NCBI RefSeq assembly: GCF_018350175.1
Contig: NC_058368.1
Location: 179,306,001-179,370,000, forward strand
Source of the DNA: Felis catus
Taxonomy: Eukaryota
DNA length: 64,000 nt
Direction of reading: 5' to 3'
In this document: positions 54,236-64,000 of the stretch, piece by piece
Position numbering within the stretch: position 1 is the stretch's first letter
Layout: each line of letters starts with the position of its first letter
Made by a program: the position numbers and the translations under genes
The notes under the pieces: model-generated
The model's database searches: none
Told to the model about the DNA's origin: nothing
Seen by the model: the letters and a program-made list of their open reading frames with translations, nothing else

Positions 54236-56703
54236 AAAAAAGTCATCCATATTTAGCTCATAATTATCCCATCAACAAATATCATCTTCAAATTCCCCAA
54301 ACTATAACATACTGTAAAAAATTTACTTGGCATACATTTTCTCAACATGTGGGTTCTGTTGTCATTATCACTTTTTTCTCCATCTCTGCTGACAACAGAA
54401 TGAATTGCAAGTTCCAAGAGAAGCGTTCTACATCTTTCTACATTGTTTTGCAGCATATAGTGCACCCAATCTACAAGCCCGTTTTAAATAGGAATTTTGG
54501 TTATTTTATTTTGAGATATTTGTCTTGTCCATTTAGTCTTTGGGAATTTTGTAGGCAGAATTCAGAGCCAAGTGTGTATATTGAAAGTTGTATAGGGGAA
54601 ATTGTTCAAGAATTTAGAAATGTAAAATCTCAGAGTTGGAAGGACTGAAGACATCATCAAGGCTTACCACCTCATTTTTGATGGAGAAACTATGACCAGA
54701 TAGTAGTATATGTAAGTGCTATATCTCACAGGGTACTGCTTATATATCTTATTCTTGGTAGACTCCAATTTCATCATCACTTGTGATATTTTTTACTATA
54801 ATTTCTGAACTGGCAAAGGGGCAGCTTGGAGTGGGGAAATGGAGTAAAGAGCAAAGGCATCCAAATAACATTAGGCCATCTAAGAAAGTCACATTTGATG
54901 GCTACATTTAACTTCTTTTCAGAACAATTTCTTGCTCTTTATCCATATATAAAGCAGCATCCAATAGAGGACAAATGTAGAAACTGGAAATTTGTGCCAG
55001 GAAGTACATATCTAGGAAAAGCCCAAGAAATCACTTTATTCATGTTTTGGTTTCATCCGGATACACGTGGTTAGAACACAATTTATGTGGAAAAAATAAA
55101 ACATGACATTGTTCATTTTGAGGAAGGATGTGCCCTGCAAATCCAAAGCAGTGAACTGATTTTTTTTTTTTTCAAACAAAACCTATTTAGTCTGACTGAG
55201 GAACCTGCTGTTTCTACCTTTTGCAAAATCGCTGTTTAAATGTAACCTAATGGTAAATTTCATTGTTTTGCATCAAGAATTTCTGTTGCCTTTTGTCTGA
55301 CAGGAAGTCAAGGTCATGAAGTGTTTACACCTTCCAGAATCTACTCTGAAATAACATAAGCTTCTGAGGTGTAATGGCTTTCTAAGGTGTCCTTTTAGGT
55401 AGCTCCGCCATTTTTTAGTTGAAAGGAAAAAATAGGGTACCACGATATGAAATTTACTCCTCTTGCTTTGTTGTGATGGATGCTTTGGGGTAGTGTTTTT
55501 CAGTGCTGGCTGAACATTTAAATAATACAGTAACCTTAAAAATAATGCAAGTTCACAGACATTCTTAATTAATCAGGAGTGAGGTAGGGTCAGAATTACA
55601 AAGGACATGTGCTTTATGCACCTTGTTAGCTTTCCTTCATCTCTTCCATCTTTCTAAAGGATCTTCTTGCCTCTCTGATCATTTTCACTGTTTCTCCTTT
55701 GCTAGACCCTTGCTTAACCACCACCCCCCCCACCCCACCCCCACCCCCACATGCAGACACACTACTCCTTAACTCCCACCTCTCCTGAGCTGGCTGGAGC
55801 TCAAACTCCAAGCAGCAAGAATCTCAAGAACCAAATGTTGATGTTAGCTGCTAAAAGTCATCTCTCTTTTTATGTAGATTTGGATAAAATGCTATACCCC
55901 ATGACATAGAATTTGATTTCCTGAGAGTAGCCATGGGCTAAATGATGCCCAGGAAGCAGCTTGCTGTGAGGTGAACCTTGAGTAATGAGAAGTAGAGAGG
56001 GAATTGGCAGATAAACCTCTTCCCTCTTTCTCTCTTCTGTGGACTGTTCAGATGTGTCACTGTTCCTTGCATTTCTGGAGAGGTCCTGATGAGTGCTGGC
56101 CATCAAATTAAAACTACATAACATTACTTTGCATCTTTCTTTGCCCATTTCCCTTATCTCTTCACCTTCTTTGTCCTGGGCTTGCACCACTCAAATAAAG
56201 TGTCAAGCATTTTAATCTTTGCCTCAGGCTCTGCTTCCTACAGAACTTGAATTCACACCATTTTTTTTTTTTTTTCTATTCCCCAAGTGATTCTACCTTA
56301 TAGCCAGAATTGAAAAGCACTCCCTCTGAGAAAGACCTAAACTGCCATCTCTTCAAGAATATCACATGGGAATGAGGTTTTTCTTAATGTTGTTTCCTTT
56401 TATTAATTTTTCAAAACAAGCATAGAATTAAATTTAAAACTGTCTCTTTACATTCCTATTTTTCACTATTCCCTATTCATTCACTTTCTCAGAGTTCCAA
56501 CATTAACTACTGTAAATGGTTTGATGTGCTGCCGTATAGAAATGTGCTTTATAAACAGAGTTCCAAGGTTCTTTTATTTTTTTCATGAACTTGATTATCT
56601 ATCCATATTGTCTTATAATAGTTTTTGTCATTTAACAGTATCTCTCAAAGATTGTTATAATACCCAAGACTTCTTTATCTTTTGAGTTGTGGTATAATAT
56701 TTT

Positions 56704-57212
56704 ATTTTGTTTTATTTTATTTTATTTTATTTTATTTTATTTTATTTTATTTTATTTTATTATTTAAATGTTTACTTATTTTTTTTTAATTTTTTTTTTC
56801 AATGTTTATTTATTTTTGGGACAGAGAGAGACAGAGCATGAACGGGGGAGGGGCAGAGAGAGAGGGAGACACAGAATCGGAAACAGGCTCCAGGCTCTGA
56901 GCCATCAGCCCAGAGCCCGACGCGGGGCTCGAACTCACGGACCGCGAGATCGTGACCTGGCTGAAGTCGGACGCTTAACCGACTGCGCCACCCAGGCGCC
57001 CCAAATGTTTACTTATTTTTGAGAGGGAGGGAGGGAGGGGCGGAGAGAGAGAGAGAGAGAGAGATATTGAGTGAGCATAGCAGAGAATCCCAAGAAGGTT
57101 CTATGACCAGTGTGAAGCCTGACTTGGGACTCTATCCCATGAACCATGAAATCATGACCTGAGCTGAAATCAAGAGTCAGACGCTTAAACAACTGATATA
57201 CCCAGGCACACC
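56704..57212 (-). mobile_element. Older CanSINE with (TTTTA)n tail, interrupted by a younger SINE
   Basis: TSD TGTGGTATAATATTTT (56688) / TGTGGTATAGTATTTT (57213). Confidence 0.9.
56784..57002 (-). mobile_element. Young CanSINE nested in the older SINE
   Basis: Perfect TSD AAATGTTTACTTATTTTT (56766-56783, 57003-57020). Confidence 0.97.
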
Positions 57213-57280
57213 TGTGGTATAGTATTTTATAATGTGGGTATATGGAATAACTTTTTCTTACCCTTATTACCAGAGATTTA

Positions 57281-57448
57281 GGGGCACCTGGGTGGCTCAA
57301 TCAATTCAGCATCTAACTCTTGATTCCAGCTCAGGTCACGATCTCATGGTTGGTGAGATCGAACCTCACATTAGGCTCTATGCTGACAGCATGGAGCCTG
57401 CTTGGGAATCTCTCCCTCTCTCTCTGCCCTTTCTCACCTTGTGTTCAT

Positions 57449-57492
<44 letters not shown>

Positions 57493-57531
57493 TCAAAATA
57501 TATGAATGAACTTAAAGATATAAAAAAAAAA
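57281..57531 (+). mobile_element. CanSINE
   Basis: GGGGCACCTGGGTGGCTCAA head, long (CT)n and A-tail; short TSD AGATTTAG. Confidence 0.92.
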
Positions 57532-59039
57532 CAGATTTAGATTGCTTCTAACTTTTTGATATTAAAAACAGTGCTGAGTTGATCATCCCCTGGTGTGTAT
57601 CTTTGTGCACACATGAATGTAGTTCTCAAGGATAGATAGTTAGGATGGGAATTGTTGAGTTGAACAGCATAGTCACAGTAAATTTTAATATATTATCCCC
57701 AAGTGCCCCTTTAAAATGGTGTCTCAATGTATACTTCCACCAAGAGTATAAGAGAACTACCATTTCTTCACACCTTTGCTAACACTGGATATTTTCAGTT
57801 AAAAAAATTGTCACTTGGCATGAATAATGATATCCCATTATTGTTTTAATTTATTAAACATCATATTTTAATCTTTATTTTAAGTCTCTTTTGGCCTTGC
57901 ATCTCCAGTATGGAGATTTTTATTAAACTTTATTAGAACAGAATGTGAGTATAGTGTGGTTGCTGAGAAGTTGGACTGTTCTTTATAACAATAGTCTTTA
58001 AGGCAGGTCTAATTACTTCATACTCTCTATAACACTGCATTTGGGAATTTAGAGAGCTGACCCCTCCCAGCCCCATCTCTGAGAGGAATCACCTACGCAC
58101 CAGAAGATGTTTGAAAAGCCTTCTAATAATACACTTGCCGGAAGAAGTCTTCACTCCTGCCTGGCCTGCTCTCCAAATCCCCTGTTGACTCTAGCTCTAA
58201 ACAGCCAGTTTGAACAGAGGCAGAGCATGCTGAGAACTTTCTCCAAAGACAAACCAACGTGCTCTGCCAGGGAGTCTGTGTCAGAGAAGCTGGGCCAATA
58301 TTTCTTTGATAAACAAGCTTTAGGCAAAGCTGATGTTGACTTGCCAATGTGAAACATCCCAGGTCCTCAATATAATTGAAGCATGGTTGTTGTATAGATA
58401 GGGAAACTGGGGTAAAAATGAGCCTTATGATCAGATATGGACTGTAGACACCAAGCCAGCCTTGCATCTCTAGTCCTTATATAGTCATTATTTTTATGTA
58501 TTAACTTTCCCTGGATGGGGGTGGGGGGGAAGGCATGCTCCTATCCTTAGGATGCACGTAGTCAGATGAAGAGACATGGTCTTTGCTCCTAAGCTCTCCC
58601 AAACTTACTGAGAAAATAGGTAGTGTTATGTCTAGTTAGAATTTATAATATAATTGGTGAAATGAAACATCTTCACATAAAATGACTCAAGAACACTTCA
58701 AAAAACAATGCATAATGAATTTAGTGTAAGCACATTCAGAACAGAAGGGAGCAATAGGAGTGGTTAATTTGGACACAGTTCTAAGAGGCAATGTTTAGCA
58801 TTTAGGAGCCCAGAAATTTGGCTCCCTTCCATTCTTTCCACTTAATTTTCCATCCTTTGCTTATCCCCAGGTATATACTTCACAGTGGCCTGAAATGGAA
58901 AGCCAGTCAGTGCCCCCAGACTGGCTCTGCTTCTCAATCCATCCTTCAGAGAGAAAGACCAGGTCCTGTTCAGTGTAATAGCTTTTAGCTTAGACTGTTT
59001 GTCTCCCCTGTCTCTGAAGATCCCCTTATATGTGGAATT

Positions 59040-59750
59040 CAATTTAATTGAACATACTTATTGAGAAGATATCTACTGTTAGGAACTGTGCTAAGTGTCG
59101 GAAAAACAGCAATGATGAAAACATAATCTCTACTAACAATTTAAGGAGAGAGAAATACAAACAACTAGCTGTAAATAGTGTGATGAATACGACAGGGAGA
59201 TTTACATAAGTGTTTGTGGGAACATGTAGAAGGGGTTGTTTATTTTGTATATGTTGAGTTCAAGCAGCTTGTGGGACATCTAGCAAAAGATGACCAGTAA
59301 ATTGTTGGCTAGATAGATCTAGAATTTACGAGTATGGACTCAGATTATGATGGAAATTTAGGATGAATTTAGGATTCATTAACACATGGGTTTACTTGAA
59401 ACTTTGGGATGAGATACCCCAGAGAGAGTGATGAAGGTGAAGAACAAATGGATGGAAAAACACCGTGTTTTAAATTTTTTTTTCAGCGTTTTAATTTATT
59501 TTTGGGACAGAGAGAGACAGAGCATGAACGGGGGAGGGGCAGAGAGAGAGGGAGACACAGAATCGGAAACAGGCTCCAGGCTCCAAGCCATCAGCCCAGA
59601 GCCGACGCGGGGCTCGAACTCACGGACCGCGAGATCGTGACCTGGCTGAAGTCGGACGCTTAACCGACTGTGCCACCCAGGCGCCCCAACACCGTGTTTT
59701 AAAGAGTGAACAGAACTAAAGCCCATGAAAAACTGAGGAAACACAGTCTC
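59040..59750 (-). mobile_element. L2 fragments (interrupted by a SINE)
   Basis: AACATACTTATTGAG...ACTGTGCTAAGTG; TGTTGAGTTCAAGCAGCTTGTGGGACATCTAG...GGATGAGATACCCAGAGAGAG. Confidence 0.7.
59475..59687 (-). mobile_element. Young CanSINE (SINEC_Fc)
   Basis: Perfect 16-bp TSD AACACCGTGTTTTAAA (59459-59474, 59688-59703). Confidence 0.97.
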
Positions 59751-59768
59751 ATCAAAGTGTTGTAACCA

Positions 59769-62498
59769 GGGACTTCCACATTCACTTAATATAGAGCAAA
59801 CGTGATCAGATTCATTCTCCCACCTGAAAAAAAAAAAAAAAAACAAACCACCACCACCACCACCAACAAAACAGAAATATTATACAACAAGAATTTTCAA
59901 AATACTGGACATTGAGTAACAAAGGATAGTGATTCATGTGAGATTAGGAAAACATGAGGTAAGCCCTAAAATTGCCCCAGCTTACTGCCTTGAGAGAGTT
60001 TCCAGGCCACAGCACAGAGGGAACCCTGATATTGCCTGGTGTACTCCATGAGCTGAAGAGAGAGAGAGAGAGTGGAGACTCTGGGGAGACCAAGACAGCT
60101 AGGGTTCACAGGATAGGATACAGGAGGGAGAGAACTGCACAGAAAGAGAACTTCAGAGATCTGAGGATGGTGTTTCTCTAATATTCTCTAGTACTCTAAT
60201 ATGAGTACTAGTGCATGCATATGAGGAAACTATTCAAAACCAAAGAAACAATCACCTGAGATTGATAAAGAGATAATCTAGGGCTCCTATATACAAGACC
60301 AGGGTTAGTGTTTGTTTTTACTAGCTAGATCCTTAATTACATGTAAGGGAAAGTACTCAAATGGATTTTCCTTTACTAATATGGTAAAATTAGCCCTAGA
60401 GTAAATTCGCCTAACAAAACTTATAACCAAGACCAAAAGGACCAAACTCTCTCCAAGTAATATAAGTAATAGGAATATAAAAATAACCAACAGCCAACAA
60501 TGTAAAATTCACAATGTCTTGTATTCAACCAAAATTACAGTTAATTGAAACTGCTCCAAAAATAAAACAGATAAAGTGAGCATTGCATAATGCATAGAAT
60601 TGTTGCATCACCATGCTGTATACCTGTAACTAACATAGTATGTCAACTATACTTCACTTAAAAACATAACATAAAAATAAATAAAATAAATGATAATAAC
60701 AGTAGACAAAGATACTAAACACTGTTATAATTGTATCCTCTATATTCACAAAACTAGGGGTATGAATATATTAGAGTCATGGAAGATAGAAAAAAGAGCC
60801 AACTCAAACTTTTAGAGATAAAACTACAAAGTCTAGGGTAGAAATACCCTGGAGGGGATTAATATCCAATTACACATTGCAGAAGAAAATACTGATGCAC
60901 TTGAATACATAGCAATAGAAATGATCCAAAATGAAACACACCAAAAAAACAAAACAACCCACAAACAAAACAAACAAACTACATCATGGCACATAATAAT
61001 GAAATTGTTCAAAAATAGTGATAAAATACTAAAAACGGCTAAAGGAAAGAAAAGCACACTATATACAGAGAAATGAAGACGTGGATGATAGCAGATTTCT
61101 TATTAGAAACAATTTAAGCAGGAAGATGGTGGAACATCTCTAAGTACTGAAAGAAAAACTAAAGTCATAATTATATACCCAGTGAAAATAACTTTCAAAC
61201 TAAAGATGAAATAAAGACATTTTCAGACATGTAAAAACTGAAGGAATTCATGATCAGAATTACTGCACTACAAGAAATGTTAAAGACATGGTAAAGAAAA
61301 TCCTTTGGACAGAATTAATTAAAATGTAACAGATAAAAATTTCTACACAAAGGCATGAAGGGCCCTAGATGTGGTAATTTTATGTATATGAATATAATTT
61401 TTTTCATATTAAGTAATGGTCTCTAAGAGAAAATTGTTTAGACAATGACTACCAATATATTCGGGGATTAATTACATAGGTATAGGTATAGATATAGGTA
61501 TAGGTATAGGTAAAATGTATGACAAAAATAGCAAAAGGCCTGAAAGGACAGAAATGTAGTATTTATTATAAGGTTTTATGTATGAAGTATTATACTATCA
61601 CTTGAAGCTAGATTTTAATGTTATAGCTGTATATTAAAAACTTTTTTAAAAAGGTTTATTTTTATTTTTGAGAGAGAGCGCGCGCGCACACAAGCGGGGG
61701 AGGGGCAGAGAGAGAGGAAGAAACAGAATCTGAAGCAGGCTCCAAGCTCTGAGCTGTCAGCAGAGCCTGGCATGGAGCTCAAACTCACAAATCACGAGAT
61801 TATGACCTGAGCTGAAGTTGGATACTTAACCGACTGAGCCACCCAGGTGCTCCTGTATATTACAACCTTAAAGCAACTGATAAAATAAGAAAAGAGTTAT
61901 GACTAATAAGCCAATAAAGATAAAATGAAATAATAAAAAATACTTAATGCAAAATAACTCAGGAAAAGAGGGAAAGAAGAACAAAGAACAAAGGAGACCT
62001 ATAAAACAACTAGCAAGATGATAGACTAACCAATCAATAATCACATTAAATGTAAATTTTTTAAACACCCTAATTAAAAGTCTGGGACTTTCAGATTCAG
62101 TAAAAAACAACTTGGTGTTGTCTACAATAAACATAGATTAGTGGATTAGTGGTAAAAAGATGGGAAAGATATCCTGTGCCAACACTATTCAAAAGGAAGC
62201 CTAAGTTGCCATATTAATCTCAGACAAAGTGTCATTCAGAGCAAATAATTTTACCAAAGATTAAAAGGTCATTTCACAATGATAAAGCGTTCAATTTGTT
62301 GAGAGGATATAACATCCTAAATGTATATGCTCCTAATAACAGAGCTTTAAAATACATGAGGCAAACCCAAAAGAACTATAAAGAGAAATAGAAAATCATC
62401 CCATTATACTCAGAGAAATAACTCCTCAGTATTGTAGAACAAGCAAACAGAAAGTCAGCAAGTATGTAGTAGACTTGAATAATCCTAGCAACCAACTT
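59769..62498 (+). mobile_element. Ancient L1M (L1MC/MD-like) 5' end, ORF1 remnant and start of ORF2
   Basis: Decayed ORF1 C-terminal motifs (ADF..ET..A.R.W; EIKTFSD..KLKEF at ~61090-61250) and ORF2 start (IITLNVN at ~62037; NVYAPNNRALKYMRQ at ~62320). Carries a short L1_Carn-like 3' end at ~60577-60690. Confidence 0.8.
61642..61853 (-). mobile_element. CanSINE
   Basis: Approximate TSD CTGTATATTAAAAACTT / CTGTATATTACAACCTT. Confidence 0.93.
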
Positions 62499-62499
62499 G

Positions 62500-62507
62500 T
62501 TCTTTGC

Positions 62508-62547
<40 letters not shown>

Positions 62548-64000
62548 AAATATAAAATTTATTGTCAAATTGGTTTCCAAACAACACCCAGTGCTCATCC
62601 CAACAGGTACCCTCCTCAGTGCCCATCACCCACTTTCCCCTCCCTCCCACCCCCCCCATCAACTCTCAGTTTATTCTCAGTCTTTAAGGGTCTCTTATGG
62701 TTTGCCTCCCTCCCTCTCTAACTTTTTTTCCCCCTTCCCCATGGTCTTCTGTTAAGTTTCTCAGGATCCACATAAGAGTGAAAACATATGGTATCTGTCT
62801 TTCTCTCTATGACTTATTTCGCTTAGCATAACACTCTCCACTTCCATTCACGTTGCTACAAAAGGCCATATTTCATTCTTTCTCATTGCCAAGTAGTATT
62901 CCATTGTATATATAAACCACAACTTCTTTATCCATTCATCGGTTGAGGGACATTTAGGCTCTTTTCATAATTTGGCTATTGTTGAAAGTGCTGCTATAAA
63001 CATTGGGGTACAAGTGCCCCTAGGCATCAGCACTCCTGTATCCCTTGGGTAAATTCCTAGCAGTGCTATTGCTGAGTCATAGGGTAGGTCTATTTTTAAT
63101 TTTTTAAGGAACCTCCACACTGTTTTCCAGAGCGGCTGCACCAGTTTGCATTCCCACCAACAGTGCAAGAGGGTTCCCGTTTCTCCACATCCTCTCCCAG
63201 CATCTGGAGAGGATATCTCCAGCATAAAATGATTTGTTCATTTTAGCCACTCTGACTGGCGTGTGGTGATATCTGAGTGTGGTTTTGATTTGTAGTTCCC
63301 TGATGAGGAGTGACGTTGAGCATCTTTTCTTGTGCCTGTTGGCCATCTGGATGTCTTCTTTAGAGAAGTGTCTATTCATGTCTTCTGCCCATTTCTTCAC
63401 TGGATTATTTGTTTTTCGGGTGTGGAGTTTGGTGAACTCTTTATAGATTTTGGATACTAGCCTTTTGTACGATATGTCATTTGTAAATATCTTTTCCCAT
63501 TCCGTTGGTTGCCTTTTAGTTTTGTTGATTGTCTCCTTTGTAGTGCAGAAGCTTTTTATCTTCTTAAGGTCCTAATAGTTCATTTTTGCTTTTAATTCCC
63601 TTGCCTTTGTAGATGTGTCAGGTAAAAAAATTGCTGTGGCTGAGGTCAGAGAGGTTTTTTCCTGCTTTCTCCTGTAGGGTTTTGATGGTTTCCTGTCTCA
63701 CATTCAGGTCCTTTATCCATTTTGAGTTTATTTTTGTGAATGGTGTGAGAAAGTGGTCTAGTTTCAATCTTCTGCATGTTGCTGTCCAGTTCTCCCAGCA
63801 CCATTTGTTAAAGAGACTGTCTTTTTTCCATTGGATATTCTTTCCTGCTTTGTCAAATATTATTTGGCCATACTCTTGTGGGTCCAGTTCTGGGGTCTCT
63901 GTTCTATTCCATTGGTCTATGTGTCTGTTTTGTGCAAATACCATGCTGTCTTGATGATTACAGGTTTGTAGTAGAGGCTAAAGTCTGGGATTGTGATGCC
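62500..64000 (-). mobile_element. Felid L1 3' portion (ORF2 C-terminus, 3'UTR, (CAA)n tail), runs off the window end
   Basis: Minus-strand ORF2 fragments [18 protein letters not shown]...[32 protein letters not shown] and [15 protein letters not shown] with frameshifts. Tail is (GTT)n at 62509-62547 on the + strand. Confidence 0.96.

Noticed and set aside
58107..58352. 81-aa ATG ORF (MFEKPSNNT...) in non-repeat DNA; similar ORFs at 26067-27372 and 42596-43844
   Set aside because: No recognisable domain and no convincing flanking splice or promoter signals. Lengths are compatible with chance; homology or expression data would be needed.
36294..59846. Recurrent ORFs such as MAQSVKRPTSAQVTIS..., MNGGGAEREGDTESETGSRL... 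and ...GQRETEHERGRGRERGRHRIG
   Set aside because: All are translations of CanSINE bodies, not a gene family.
16313..61853. SINE strand bias (12 of 16 on the minus strand) as evidence of a + strand host gene
   Set aside because: Two-sided binomial p is about 0.08, and some insertions are not independent (nested or same-site). Large L1s occur on both strands.

Overview
Mammalian genomic DNA, almost certainly a felid (cat-family) genome, judged from tRNA-derived CanSINE/SINEC_Fc-type SINEs and a carnivore-type LINE-1. No host protein-coding exon could be supported, so the window is repeat-rich intronic or intergenic sequence. It contains a full-length ~3.4 kb Tigger2-family (pogo-like) DNA transposon with both TIRs, TA target duplication and a decayed transposase (47-3447, minus strand). 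It also contains a full-length ~5.96 kb L1 (28298-34256, +) with a perfect TSD, whose ORF1 and ORF2 are each broken only by one extra A in an A-run. The 3' end of a second L1 (62500-64000, -) is inserted in an ancient L1M. There are about 16 CanSINEs (several young, with perfect TSDs, some nested), plus MaLR/ERVL solo LTRs, MIR, L2, hAT MITEs, microsatellites and a 182-bp tandem duplication. The best leads are the near-intact L1, a possible spliced accessory ORF in the extra 3' segment of the Tigger2 element, a templated-insertion repair scar in the second L1, a triplicated SINE target site and a dense TF-motif cluster near 55.3 kb. None is a demonstrated novel system. Repeat subfamily names come from recalled consensus features and need Dfam/RepeatMasker confirmation.
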